In this document: piece after piece, positions 8,634 through 18,267 of the stretch
Layout: every line of letters begins with the position of its first letter
How positions within the stretch are numbered: the first letter of the stretch is position 1
Source: Candidatus Gastranaerophilales bacterium
GTDB lineage: Bacteria; Cyanobacteriota; Vampirovibrionia; Gastranaerophilales; Gastranaerophilaceae
DNA: 39,568 nucleotides
Direction: 5' to 3'
NCBI GenBank assembly: GCA_031549065.1
Contig: JAVBQM010000073.1
Coordinates: 1 to 39,568 of the forward strand
Position numbers and translations under genes: made by a program
The notes under the pieces: generated by a model
Seen by the model: only the letters and a program-made list of their open reading frames with translations
What the model was told of the DNA's origin: nothing
Databases searched by the model: none

Positions 8634-9507
8634 AATTGCAATTACAGTCGGCGATTTAAAGGGAATTGGCGAAGAGATTGTTACAAAGGCGCTTTTAGAG
8701 CTTAATTTGCCTCGAGATGAGGTTATAATTATCGGTAAAAAAATTGATGCACCATACGATTTTGTTGAAGTTGATAGTACCGATAATGGTAAGTTTTGCT
8801 ATAGTTGCCTTGAGACTGCCTGTGAAATGGCTAAGCGCAATGAAATAACGGCGCTTGTAACGGCGCCCGTTTCAAAAGAAGCGCTTTACAAATCAGGCTA
8901 TAAATTTAGCGGGCAGACAGAAATTTTAGCTAAACTTTTTGATGCCGAACCGGAAATGCTTTTTATTGCCCGCGATTTAAGAATTATGTTATTAACGAGG
9001 CACTTGCCTTTAGCGCAAGTGCCGAGTGTGATAAATAAGGAAATGGTTATTGAAAAAACTTTGCGTTTAAACGCTTTTTTGCGTGACAAATTAAAAATCG
9101 AAAACCCGAAGATAGCTTTTTGTGCGCTCAATCCCCACGCAGGTGAAGGCGGCATTTTGGGCAGAGAAGAAATTGAAATAATTAACCCGGCGCTTGAAAA
9201 ATTGCGCACCCAAGGGATTGATGTAATGAACACAATCAGCGCTGACGGGCTTTTTGCAAAGATCGGTAAAAAATATATTGCGGATGAAAAACAAGACTAT
9301 AACGCCATAATTTCAACTTTTCACGACCAGGCGCTAACTGCTGTTAAAGCCCTTGCATTTGATGAAGTTGTTAACACAACTATCGGCCTTAAAATAATTC
9401 GCACTTCACCCTCATCCGGCACGGCTTATGACATTGCAGGCAAAGGAATTGCCGATTCTAAAAGCATGGTCGAAGCGATTAAGCTTGCAGCTACCCTAAA
9501 CAGTTGA
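8626..9507 (+). CDS. PdxA-family NAD-dependent 4-phospho-hydroxy-acid dehydrogenase (PdxA2-like)
   Basis: 293 aa. Motifs LVTAPVSKEAL, FSGQTE, ALNPHAGEGG and TFHDQAL are typical of PdxA/PdxA2. It is shorter at the N-terminus than E. coli PdxA. Confidence 0.8.
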   Translation: MGRIAITVGDLKGIGEEIVTKALLELNLPRDEVIIIGKKIDAPYDFVEVDSTDNGKFCYSCLETACEMAKRNEITALVTAPVSKEALYKSGYKFSGQTEILAKLFDAEPEMLFIARDLRIMLLTRHLPLAQVPSVINKEMVIEKTLRLNAFLRDKLKIENPKIAFCALNPHAGEGGILGREEIEIINPALEKLRTQGIDVMNTISADGLFAKIGKKYIADEKQDYNAIISTFHDQALTAVKALAFDEVVNTTIGLKIIRTSPSSGTAYDIAGKGIADSKSMVEAIKLAATLNS

Positions 9508-9573
9508 TACAGCTAGAATTTCTTTATAAAAGATGCTATAATTGTAGCAGTGTAGCAACTGTGCGGTGCAATT

Positions 9574-9924
9574 ATGTCCTCCTTCAACATTAACGGCCCA
9601 CAAAATAAGCCCATGATTCAAGAATCGCAGAATATGAAAAACAACGGCGGCGGCGGAAACCTGGGGTATTTTCCGCGCGGTAAGAAGAAAAAGGACGATA
9701 AAACAGATGAAGAAATAAACGATTATTTCATCAAAGAAACCGACAACGAAGAAAAAGAAGACGGCAAGGGCAAAAAAGAAGGTCTTTTCGAAAAACTGAA
9801 AAGCAAAATCAAAGAAAAAGTTGAAGATATAGCAGAAACAACATCACAGGCAAGTAAAAAAGAAACACCGGCGCCCAAAAAAGACGGGTTTTTAAGTTTA
9901 TCTAAGAACGTTGAAAATACATAA
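9574..9924 (+). CDS. Hypothetical Lys/Glu-rich low-complexity protein
   Basis: 116-aa ORF preceded by a TATAAT-containing promoter-like stretch. Highly charged, with no recognisable domain. Confidence 0.4.
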   Translation: MSSFNINGPQNKPMIQESQNMKNNGGGGNLGYFPRGKKKKDDKTDEEINDYFIKETDNEEKEDGKGKKEGLFEKLKSKIKEKVEDIAETTSQASKKETPAPKKDGFLSLSKNVENT

Positions 9925-9926
9925 AT

Positions 9927-10145
9927 TTAAAAATTAAGCTTGTGTTGTATAGGTTCGCACTCAAACAAATCGCCCATTTGACAATTTAAAATATCGCAAA
10001 GTTTATCCATATTCTCGTAAGATGGCTGTGTGCGTCCGTTTGCCCAGGAATAAACCGTTTGCTGCGGCAGCCCGAGCTCCTTTGCAAGCTTGTAGAGGCT
10101 AAAATTTTTGTTATCCTTTGCTATTTCTTTAATTTTAATTATCAT
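9927..10145 (-). CDS. XRE-family helix-turn-helix transcriptional regulator
   Basis: HTH signature FSLYKLAKELGLPQQTVYSWANGRTQPSYENMDKLCDIL. The most likely start is MIIKIKEI (ATG at 10145), which is preceded by GGGGAAAG. The track ORF extends to 10193. Confidence 0.75.
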   Translation of the reverse strand: MIIKIKEIAKDNKNFSLYKLAKELGLPQQTVYSWANGRTQPSYENMDKLCDILNCQMGDLFECEPIQHKLNF

Positions 10146-10305
10146 CTTTCCCCACGTTATCATTATAATTGAACCGTAATCTTTATAAATCATATAAATA
10201 AAGCAGAAAAAAAAGCGAATTTGAGCATATAATAAGATTGTATAATATTTGCTTTTTTACCAGAAGATATTATAAAATAGTTATCAAACAAAATTGAGGA
10301 TAGAA

Positions 10306-11214
10306 ATGAAGAAGTTATCAGCACTATTTATTGCAATTTTTATGGGCATAAGCGCGTTTAATGCTGCTTGGGCGATTAAAACAATCGTAATTACGCCTTT
10401 AGTTCGAAGCGGAATCCAAAAATATAAGGTGGGTAATTATCTTGGCGCTAAACAAGACATCCAAGACGCGATTAGCAAAAACCCGAATGATCCAATAGCG
10501 AATTATTATTTGGGCAATGTTTACACAAAAATCGGTGATAAAGATAAGGCCGTAGGCGCTTATCAAAGAGTTATCGAAATAAATGAAAACAAAGGTCTTT
10601 CAACGTATGCCGGTGTTGCAATTATTTGCCTCAACGAGCCTGTGGCTAAGGCTGAATTTGTAAACCCGGTTGATGCGGCAGTTGGTAACCCGGTTCAAAA
10701 TGCAGAACAGGCAAGCGCATGTACAAATGCAAAAAATATGCTTAAAGGTTCAGAGGCCGAACAAGACATGAACGCATTTATTCGCTCGGGTCAATTTATG
10801 CATCAGGAAGCAAGAGACAAAATAAAAGAGAAATCTTTGCAAAATGTTCAACAAAAAATTAACAGCGATGAAAAGAATATAGATTTTTCAGAATTCAAAT
10901 ACTTAAATGATGCTTCAGGGGCTATGCCAAGCGACAAAGAAATTGCAGATGCCGTTAAAACGCTTGCGAAAGCCGGTTTTAACCCGCTTAACTATACAAC
11001 AACACAAGGTTTCAGTCCTCAATTGGCGCAATTGAATTACATGGTTCCAAATAACAATAATGCTAATTCGGGTTTTGAAATGCTGCCTTATTTAATGCAG
11101 CATGACGGTTATAAAGATGGTAAAGTCAGCCCGCAATTACTTCAAAATATGATGATGGGCCAATTGATGTCAAGCTATGACCTTGGCGGCACAAGCAACA
11201 ACAGGGGTTTTTAA
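10306..11214 (+). CDS. Secreted TPR-repeat protein
   Basis: Signal peptide MKKLSALFIAIFMGISAFNAAWA. TPR-like repeats (GNYLGAKQDIQDAISKNPNDPIANYYLGNVYTKIGDKDKAVGAYQRVIEI). GAGGA lies before the ATG at 10306; the track start at 10294 is a TTG. Confidence 0.7.
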   Translation: MKKLSALFIAIFMGISAFNAAWAIKTIVITPLVRSGIQKYKVGNYLGAKQDIQDAISKNPNDPIANYYLGNVYTKIGDKDKAVGAYQRVIEINENKGLSTYAGVAIICLNEPVAKAEFVNPVDAAVGNPVQNAEQASACTNAKNMLKGSEAEQDMNAFIRSGQFMHQEARDKIKEKSLQNVQQKINSDEKNIDFSEFKYLNDASGAMPSDKEIADAVKTLAKAGFNPLNYTTTQGFSPQLAQLNYMVPNNNNANSGFEMLPYLMQHDGYKDGKVSPQLLQNMMMGQLMSSYDLGGTSNNRGF

Positions 11215-11658
11215 GTGGCGCCAGATAGCAAAACAGTTATTTCATCAACAAGATTCGGGGATATAGAAATTGATAAGTCGCTGTTTTTTGAGTTTGTGGC
11301 GCCGATAATCGGTTATAACGGCCACAGGTTTTTTGCCCTTATCGATAATAAACCCGATTCGCCTTTTAAATGGCTTCAATCGGCTGAAGACCCGGAACTT
11401 GCTTTTCCTATAACGCTTCCCAGCTATTTCAACATTGACTACACTTTTACAATAGAAGATGCTGAAGCTGAATTACTCGGGGTAGAAAAAGCAGAAGATG
11501 TTATGGCAATTAACATTGTAAATATCCCCCATGATTATCCGCAAGAAGCTACAGTGAACCTTTCAGCGCCAATTGTTATTAATACGAATACAAACAGCGC
11601 AATGCAAATTATTTTGAAAAATACTGATTACAAAGTTAAACACTCCTTATTCTCTTGA
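11215..11658 (+). CDS. fliW: Flagellar assembly factor FliW
   Basis: 147 aa. FGDIEIDKSLFFEFVAPIIGY...FALIDNKPDSPFKWLQS...PITLPSYF...NLSAPIVINTNTNSAMQIIL matches the FliW family pattern. The GTG start directly abuts the upstream stop, and csrA follows. Confidence 0.85.
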   Translation: MAPDSKTVISSTRFGDIEIDKSLFFEFVAPIIGYNGHRFFALIDNKPDSPFKWLQSAEDPELAFPITLPSYFNIDYTFTIEDAEAELLGVEKAEDVMAINIVNIPHDYPQEATVNLSAPIVINTNTNSAMQIILKNTDYKVKHSLFS

Positions 11659-11664
11659 GGAAAA

Positions 11665-11925
11665 ATGTTAGTTTTAACAAGAAAAGTAAACGAAAAATTG
11701 ATTATCAATGGCAATATTGAAGTTGTTGTGCTTGATGTTACGAAAAATTCCGTACGGATTGGTGTAAAAGCGCCGAGTGATGTGCAAATTTACCGTGAGG
11801 AAATTTATCGGGAAATTCAAAAGGCTAATAACCTTGCTGTGAGCGCAAACCCTGAAGATATTGGCAAAATTGGGGTCGGGAGCGCGAAAAAATTTGACTT
11901 GATCTCGAAATTGAAAAATGATTAG
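11665..11925 (+). CDS. csrA: Carbon storage regulator CsrA (FliW-partnered type with C-terminal extension)
   Basis: MLVLTRKVNEKLIINGNIEVVVLDVTKNSVRIGVKAPSDVQIYREEIY is a canonical CsrA fold sequence. At 86 aa it has an extended C-terminus. Confidence 0.92.
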   Translation: MLVLTRKVNEKLIINGNIEVVVLDVTKNSVRIGVKAPSDVQIYREEIYREIQKANNLAVSANPEDIGKIGVGSAKKFDLISKLKND

Positions 11926-12517
11926 TGCAGATGCGAAAACCTTATTTTACGAAAAACGCTACAATGAGGCTTTTGAAATTTTTAAAAATAACAAAATGCC
12001 TTATGAGGCGGGACTTTGTAAGCTTTTAACCGGTGATATTGAGCGTGCAAAAAATATTTGGCAAAGTGTTGAAACTCCTTGTATAGCAACGAATTGGGGC
12101 CTAATTGTCCTTGATTTAATAAAATTAAAAAGTATTAAACCCCCCTGCTACTTTCAAATTCGTAGTTTTTTGGAGGTTTATCTTAACCTTTTTATTGAAA
12201 ACGGGCTTGTTGAGTATGCCGAAAATTTAATTAGCGCGTATGAAATTTTTTCACGTGTAAATTTTGAAAGTTGTAAATTCATTGCCCGAGCACTTTTTGC
12301 ACATAAATATTGGGAGCTTGCACTTGAATTTATTGAAAAATCGCGCGGTATTTGCTACCCCGACCCTGAGGCGCTTTTAATTGAAGCGCAATGCTTTCAT
12401 ATACTTTGCAGGCCGGATAAAGCACTAAAATCGCTCAACGAATTGCTTGAAATTCTGCCGGATTATGTTCCCGCAGTTGAACTTAAACGGGAAATCCAAA
12501 GCGTTCAATCTTTTTAA
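11918..12517 (+). CDS. Hypothetical helical-repeat (TPR-like) protein, translationally coupled to csrA
   Basis: 199-aa ORF whose ATG overlaps the csrA stop by 8 nt. The helical-repeat character is a visual impression (YNEAFEIFK..., ...DKALKSLNELLEILPDYVPA). No family recognised. Confidence 0.55.
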   Translation: MISADAKTLFYEKRYNEAFEIFKNNKMPYEAGLCKLLTGDIERAKNIWQSVETPCIATNWGLIVLDLIKLKSIKPPCYFQIRSFLEVYLNLFIENGLVEYAENLISAYEIFSRVNFESCKFIARALFAHKYWELALEFIEKSRGICYPDPEALLIEAQCFHILCRPDKALKSLNELLEILPDYVPAVELKREIQSVQSF

Positions 12518-13817
12518 TACTTCTTATTAAAAGTATTGCCGCGATAATACTTGCCACTAAAAGAGCTACCGTTAGGCCGCTCCAAAAGCCAAAGAGCACT
12601 ATATTGTATTTATAGGCCAAAATACAGCCGATTGGAATTGAGAAAACGAAGTACGAGAAAAGCATTGTGTACATAATCGCTTTGGTTTTTTTGAGCCCTT
12701 TTAGCGCGCCCGAAGCGGCGCATTGAACGCCGTCAAAAATTACAAAGCAAACCACAAGAAAAATAACGGGCAACCCCGCTTTAACAACCTCGGGGTCATT
12801 TGTAAAAATATGCATCAGTTGAGAAGGAAAAGCGCTATACAAAATAACGCAAGCCAACATAAAGGCAATAATAAGAACTGTTCCATGGGTTGAATATTTA
12901 ATAATATCCTTCAGGCACTTTTCACCATTGGCGAAACCGACTTTAATTGCTATAGCGTTTGAAATTGAAAGCGGCACCATATACGTAACAGAGGTCATTG
13001 TGATAATAACGTTGTGTGCGGCAGAATAAATAGCCGAAAATTTCCCGACTAAAACAGCGGTTATGTTAAAGCCCATAAACTCGCTGAAAAGCGCTATAGA
13101 AATAGGCCAGCCTGTTTTTATGAGGTCTTTAAGATAAATTTTAACTTCTTTTGCGCAGGTTTTTAAAAATCTTCTGCAATAAAAAAGTAAAATTATCCCC
13201 TCCAAAGTTCTTACAACCAAGGCTGCAATCGCAAGCCCTTTGGCTCCAAGCGACGGAATAGCACCAAAGCCGAACACCAAAACTACACTAAGAATAAGGT
13301 TCACAAAAATCGAAACGATTGAGATAACGTTTGGGAATACAACAATTTCATAAGCTTGCAAAAACTCTTTGCAAGCGACAAAAACAAACACCCCGAAAAC
13401 CGAAAAACTTGTGATTTGAAGGTACTCAACAACAAGCGGCGTCATATTTCCGGCCAAATGAATGTAAGGCACTAAAGCTACAATAAGCCAAATAAACAAG
13501 AAGGTGACAAAGCTGACTAAAAGCGAATACTGGAGCGACACCGTAAAAAGGTTTTTGCAAGGTTTTCTTGCGCCTCTGAGGTTTGCGATAACGGGCGAAA
13601 TGCTTGCCAAAAAACCGATACCGGCTATTAAAAATGTCATAAAAATTGCAGTTGCAACGCTGATTGCAGCAAGGGTTAGGGTTGAATGTCTCCCTGCTAC
13701 AATAACATTTCCCGCGCCAATTAAAATATTGCCTAAATTTCCCAGTACAATAGGAATTGATAGGCTGATTAAATCTTTATAATAATTGAAATTATTGTTA
13801 ACACAATTTGCTGCCAT
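12483..13817 (-). CDS. MATE-family multidrug/toxic compound efflux transporter
   Basis: 444 aa with about 12 hydrophobic segments. The N-terminus LISLSIPIVLGNLGNILIGAGNVIVAGR and the overall layout are typical of MATE/NorM-like exporters. Confidence 0.8.
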   Translation of the reverse strand: MAANCVNNNFNYYKDLISLSIPIVLGNLGNILIGAGNVIVAGRHSTLTLAAISVATAIFMTFLIAGIGFLASISPVIANLRGARKPCKNLFTVSLQYSLLVSFVTFLFIWLIVALVPYIHLAGNMTPLVVEYLQITSFSVFGVFVFVACKEFLQAYEIVVFPNVISIVSIFVNLILSVVLVFGFGAIPSLGAKGLAIAALVVRTLEGIILLFYCRRFLKTCAKEVKIYLKDLIKTGWPISIALFSEFMGFNITAVLVGKFSAIYSAAHNVIITMTSVTYMVPLSISNAIAIKVGFANGEKCLKDIIKYSTHGTVLIIAFMLACVILYSAFPSQLMHIFTNDPEVVKAGLPVIFLVVCFVIFDGVQCAASGALKGLKKTKAIMYTMLFSYFVFSIPIGCILAYKYNIVLFGFWSGLTVALLVASIIAAILLIRSIKKIERFGFPV

Positions 13818-13859
13818 TCCTTAAGAATAGCACGAAAAAAGCATGGGTTGTTTACGTTT

Positions 13860-14036
13860 TTAACTTGCGCGCTTCAACATCTGACTAAGAGTCATTTCTT
13901 GCTTTGAGGATTTTTTTGCCGGTGCTTCATCATGTAAGCTCATATCGTGATTTTCAAAATGTGCTAACCCAATCATACATTCCTGCGGGTCTTCAAAACC
14001 CAACAAATTCTTTATAAAATTAATTAAACCATTCAT
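13860..14036 (-). CDS. Small hypothetical protein (58 aa)
   Basis: Not in the track because it is under 60 aa. My translation: MNGLINFIKNLLGFEDPQECMIGLAHFENHDMSLHDEAPAKKSSKQEMTLSQMLKRAS. A strong SD (AAAGGAGAAAGAATA) lies directly upstream of the ATG. Confidence 0.45.
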   Translation of the reverse strand: MNGLINFIKNLLGFEDPQECMIGLAHFENHDMSLHDEAPAKKSSKQEMTLSQMLKRAS

Positions 14037-14143
14037 TATTCTTTCTCCTTTGGTATTATATTAAATTTTTTTACTTTGTTTATCATACATTTTCTCTATT
14101 TTGTGAAATTTTTTAATTCCCGCTTATGTTATATTAATTTCAT

Positions 14144-14797
14144 ATGAATAAAGAGCTTGAAATTAACTTTTCGTATAATAAAATTTTTGAAATTCTTAGC
14201 GGTTCGGATGATACCTTGAAAGCTTTTGCTGTTTTAGAATTGGACGAAATACGCTCTGGGGTTGACTTTGAGCTTTTAATTAAACATTTAACAAATTGCG
14301 ATGGCCGCCTTAGAGAAATTGTTTCTTCAAAATTGGTTGAATTAGCGCCTGGAAAGTGGCTTGAAGGGCATATTTCAACTCTTCTTGATGCCCTTTGTGA
14401 TGTTAACCCCAACGTTGCAAGAAATATTGTGGAATTAATTTCTGTGACAAGCCTTAAGCTTGAAGAGCCTCTTTTGGAGCGTATTGAAGATATTTTAATG
14501 ACGATTGAGAAAAATTCAAAACCAAAAAAGTGGCGCACTCAAAAAAACCATGTTCTTACAAAAATAATTTTCCACCTTTACTGGTGCCTGGAAGCTTTGG
14601 CGGTTTTTTCAGATACTTTGCCCCGTGAAAGAGTGATTAAAATTCTTAACACAACAAGCGATTTTGTGGATTATACTATTCGCGAGAAAACAGCAAAAAT
14701 ACTGGCGAAAATGCCAAACCCGCCCGAAGATTTGTTAAGTAAAATGCAAAATGATGATAATTTCTATGTCAGATTGAGTTTTTGTGATAAAATCTAA
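14144..14797 (+). CDS. Hypothetical HEAT/armadillo-like repeat protein
   Basis: 217-aa ORF. It has repeated helical hairpin-like segments (LLIKHLTNCDGRLREIVSSKLVELAP; LLDALCDVNPNVARNIVELI; DYTIREKTAKILAKM). No SD is visible. Confidence 0.5.
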   Translation: MNKELEINFSYNKIFEILSGSDDTLKAFAVLELDEIRSGVDFELLIKHLTNCDGRLREIVSSKLVELAPGKWLEGHISTLLDALCDVNPNVARNIVELISVTSLKLEEPLLERIEDILMTIEKNSKPKKWRTQKNHVLTKIIFHLYWCLEALAVFSDTLPRERVIKILNTTSDFVDYTIREKTAKILAKMPNPPEDLLSKMQNDDNFYVRLSFCDKI

Positions 14798-14820
14798 AAA
14801 ACAGATATTGGGGATAAACC

Positions 14821-15378
14821 ATGATTTCAACTAACGATTTAAAAACAGGTTTAACGCTTAAAATTGACGATAAACTCTGGTCCGTTCTTGAATTTTTGCA
14901 TGTGAAACCGGGCAAAGGTTCAGCGTTTGTGAAAACAAAAATCAAAAACGTTGAAACAGGCCAGGTGATTGAGCGTACCTTCCGCGCAGGCGAAAAAGTT
15001 GAGCGCGCTATGCTCGAGCGCTCTGAAATGCAATACCTTTACAAAGAAGGCGCAGATTACGTGATGATGAACACCGAAACCTACGAGCAAATGAACGTGC
15101 CTGAAAATGCCATAGGCGATGGCGTTAAATATTTAAAAGAGAATATGAACGTACAAATTTTGGTTCATGACGGAAGAATCATCGGTGTCGATCTTCCAAA
15201 CCAAGTTGAATTAGAAGTTGTAGACACTCCGCCTGCTGAAAGAGGCAACACCGCAAGCGGTTCTACAAAACCCGCAACGCTTGAAGGCGGCGCAACCGTT
15301 AACGTACCGTTCTTTATTGTGAATGGTGATATGGTAAAAGTTGACACAAGAACGAACGAGTATTTAAGTAAAGTATAG
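14821..15378 (+). CDS. efp: Translation elongation factor P
   Basis: 185 aa. MISTNDLKTGLTLKIDDKLWSVLEFLHVKPGKGSAFVKTKIKNVETG contains the conserved KPGKG loop. Confidence 0.95.
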   Translation: MISTNDLKTGLTLKIDDKLWSVLEFLHVKPGKGSAFVKTKIKNVETGQVIERTFRAGEKVERAMLERSEMQYLYKEGADYVMMNTETYEQMNVPENAIGDGVKYLKENMNVQILVHDGRIIGVDLPNQVELEVVDTPPAERGNTASGSTKPATLEGGATVNVPFFIVNGDMVKVDTRTNEYLSKV

Positions 15379-15421
15379 AACACACAAATTTCAGTATGAA
15401 ATTTGACAGGAGCAAAATAAA

Positions 15422-15871
15422 ATGAATTTTGAAGTTGAATATATTGATAAATTAGCCAAATTGATTAACAAAAACGAACTTAGCGAGATTTTTCTCGAAG
15501 ATGGCGACAAAGCAATTATGATTAAAAAGGGCGGCGAGTTTATTCAAACCGTTGCAGCCCCGGTAGCAGTGGCTCAAGCTCCTGTGGCGCCTGCGCCTCA
15601 AGCGGCTCCTGCTGAAGTTAAAGCTTGCGTACCGAAAGGGACAGCGATAACTTCCCCAATGGTAGGCTCGTTCTATCAAGCGCCGTCACCGGGCGCAAAA
15701 CCTTTTGTTAAAGTGGGCGACACGGTTGCTGTTGGCCAAGTTGTTTGTATAGTTGAAGCAATGAAATTAATGAACGAGATTGAGGCGGAAGTTTCAGGTA
15801 AAATTACTGAAATTTGTGTGGAGGACGGTCAGAGCGTGGAATACGGCCAAGTTCTGATGTATGTAGAGTAA
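15422..15871 (+). CDS. accB: Acetyl-CoA carboxylase biotin carboxyl carrier protein
   Basis: 149 aa. Pro/Ala-rich linker, then the biotinyl domain with the EAMKLMN biotinylation motif. AGGAG SD. Confidence 0.93.
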   Translation: MNFEVEYIDKLAKLINKNELSEIFLEDGDKAIMIKKGGEFIQTVAAPVAVAQAPVAPAPQAAPAEVKACVPKGTAITSPMVGSFYQAPSPGAKPFVKVGDTVAVGQVVCIVEAMKLMNEIEAEVSGKITEICVEDGQSVEYGQVLMYVE

Positions 15872-15874
15872 AAT

Positions 15875-17251
15875 ATGATTAAAAAAGTTTTGGTGGCTAA
15901 CAGGGGCGAAATTGCGCTCCGTGTTATAAGGGCTTGTAAGGAATTAGGCATAGCAACAGTAGCGATTTATTCGCAAGCAGACGCAGACAGTTTACACGTT
16001 TCGTTCGCGGATGAAGCTTATTGCATCGGCCCTGCGCCAAGTTCCAAAAGTTATTTGCACATTCCCGCGGTAATTTCTGTTGCGCTTACAACGGGCGCTG
16101 ACGCTATTCACCCCGGTTACGGGTTTATGGCTGAGAGGGCTGATTTTGTTGATATTTGCACCGAACACAACATTAAATTTATCGGGCCGAGTTCTGATGC
16201 TATGAGAAAAATGGGCGATAAAGCAACCGCAAGAGCTACAATGATAGCAAGCGGCGTGCCTGTAACACCCGGTACTGGGCTCATTCAAGACCCTAAAGAA
16301 ATAAAAGAATTTGCAAAAAAGGTGGGCTATCCTGTCATCATTAAAGCTACCGCAGGCGGTGGCGGCAAGGGCATGAGAGTTGTAAATTCGGAAGCCGAAG
16401 TTGAAGACAACTTTAATTTGTGCCGCCAAGAAGCGCAAAACGGTTTCGGTAACCCTGATGTTTATTGCGAAAAATATCTTTTAAACCCGCGCCATATTGA
16501 GGTTCAAATTTTAGCCGACAGTTATGGAAATGTAATTCACCTTGGCGAGAGAGATTGTTCAATTCAAAGACGCCATCAAAAATTAATCGAAGAAGCTCCA
16601 AGCCCGGCAATTACAGAAGATATGCGCAAAAAAATGGGCGAAGCTGCTGTAAATGCTGCGCAAGCCATCAATTATGAAGGTGCCGGCACAATAGAATTTT
16701 TGCTTGATGAAAACGTTCCAAAAACCGCTGAAAACCCGACAGGTAAAGCGTATTACTTTATGGAAATGAACACGCGTATTCAGGTTGAACATTGCGTTAG
16801 CGAAATGATTTCAGGTGTGGACATTGTAAAAGAACAGCTAAGAGTGGCTTCAGGCTTGCGTTTAAGCGTAAAACAAGAAGACATTGTTCTTCGCGGACAT
16901 GCTATTGAATGCAGAATTAACGCGGAAGACCCCGAGAAAAATTTCCGTCCTCACGCGGGTAAAATTGAAGGCTACATTGCTCCGGGCGGCTTTGGTGTAA
17001 GGGTAGATTCTCACGCTTATACCGGCTATTCAATTCCGCCGCATTATGATTCGATGATAGGTAAATTGATTTGCTGGGGCAAAGACCGCGAAGAAGCGCG
17101 CCTTCGCTCAATTAGGGCGCTTGGTGAATATATAGTTACAGGTATTAAAACCACAATTCCTTTCCACCGCGAAATTTTGGACAACGAAGTGTTTATAAGC
17201 GGCAAATTCGACACAAGTTTTATGGAAAAACATTTTAAAAGCCCGGAATAG
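15875..17251 (+). CDS. accC: Acetyl-CoA carboxylase biotin carboxylase subunit
   Basis: 458 aa. [26 protein letters not shown]-grasp GGGGKGMR and [10 protein letters not shown] motifs. Confidence 0.95.
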   Translation: MIKKVLVANRGEIALRVIRACKELGIATVAIYSQADADSLHVSFADEAYCIGPAPSSKSYLHIPAVISVALTTGADAIHPGYGFMAERADFVDICTEHNIKFIGPSSDAMRKMGDKATARATMIASGVPVTPGTGLIQDPKEIKEFAKKVGYPVIIKATAGGGGKGMRVVNSEAEVEDNFNLCRQEAQNGFGNPDVYCEKYLLNPRHIEVQILADSYGNVIHLGERDCSIQRRHQKLIEEAPSPAITEDMRKKMGEAAVNAAQAINYEGAGTIEFLLDENVPKTAENPTGKAYYFMEMNTRIQVEHCVSEMISGVDIVKEQLRVASGLRLSVKQEDIVLRGHAIECRINAEDPEKNFRPHAGKIEGYIAPGGFGVRVDSHAYTGYSIPPHYDSMIGKLICWGKDREEARLRSIRALGEYIVTGIKTTIPFHREILDNEVFISGKFDTSFMEKHFKSPE

Positions 17252-17259
17252 AGGCTCCA

Positions 17260-18267
17260 ATGGATTCTACGGAAACTATTATTAAAAATTTGGTCGACCA
17301 CGCGGCTCACACAGGCGTGAAAATTTATTATGTCGGCGGCATTGTGCGCGATATGCTTCTCGGGGTGCCTGTTAAAGATATCGACATTGTTGTTGAAGGC
17401 GACGCGATTGAGTTTTGCGGCAACCTTGAAGGTGCTCAAATTCTTTCCACTCATCCTGATTTTGGCACTTGCAAAGTGTGTTTCAAGGGTGTTGAAATAG
17501 ATTTTGCTTCAACGCGGCAAGAATCTTACCCCCAAAGCGGCTGTTTGCCCGTTGTTAAAAATATTGGCTGTGAGTTAAAACGCGATATTTTGAGACGAGA
17601 TTTCACGGTTAATTCGATTGCGCTTGATCTTGAAACGGGCGAAATTGTTGATTATTTGGGCGGTGTTGAAGATTTAAAAGCTAAAAAACTAAAAATTTTG
17701 CACCCTGAGAGCTTTATTGATGACCCTACGCGAATTTTGCGCGCGCTTGATTTTGAATTGCGCTTTGGGTTTAGACTTGCAGATGAAGTGGTATTCGCGC
17801 CATCGCGCGAAGGGCTTAGTTTTGCGCGCGTAGATTTAACCTTATGGAAACTTTTTTCCGGCCCGAAACCTCTTGAAGCTTATGAAAAAATTACAGAAAG
17901 AAAATTATATAAAATTTTTCAAGACGATGCGCCCGAAACCTCATCTGAGCGCCTAAAAGAGTGTATGGAAAAATTCGACGCAAACCCAAGGGCACTCTTG
18001 TTTAAAGCAGTCAAAAACGAACTGCCTTCACTATTAGCTGCGCAAACAGACTATGAAATTTATAAAGCCCTGAAATCGTATTTGAAGCACAATGAAATAA
18101 AGCAGATTACACCATTAATTACAGGCGATGACCTTATTGCGCTTGGTATCACTCAAGGCCCGAAAATTGGTGAAATTCTTGAAAAACTCTTAGAAATAAG
18201 ATTGAATGCCCCTGAAAGCGCGCCAAAAACACGCGAAGAAGAGTTAAAACTGGCTACCCGGCTATAA
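17260..18267 (+). CDS. tRNA nucleotidyltransferase / poly(A) polymerase family protein (CCA-adding type, short form)
   Basis: 335 aa. Head-domain motif GGIVRDMLLGVPVKDIDIVVEG and RRDFTVNSIA. No HD domain follows the body region. Confidence 0.75.
   Translation: MDSTETIIKNLVDHAAHTGVKIYYVGGIVRDMLLGVPVKDIDIVVEGDAIEFCGNLEGAQILSTHPDFGTCKVCFKGVEIDFASTRQESYPQSGCLPVVKNIGCELKRDILRRDFTVNSIALDLETGEIVDYLGGVEDLKAKKLKILHPESFIDDPTRILRALDFELRFGFRLADEVVFAPSREGLSFARVDLTLWKLFSGPKPLEAYEKITERKLYKIFQDDAPETSSERLKECMEKFDANPRALLFKAVKNELPSLLAAQTDYEIYKALKSYLKHNEIKQITPLITGDDLIALGITQGPKIGEILEKLLEIRLNAPESAPKTREEELKLATRL

Noticed and set aside
15383-15410. A/T-only hairpin AAATTTC-AGTAT-GAAATTT between efp and accB as an attenuator or terminator
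   Set aside because: The stem is entirely A-T, so it would be weak, and no T-run follows. efp-accB-accC spacing is otherwise operon-like.
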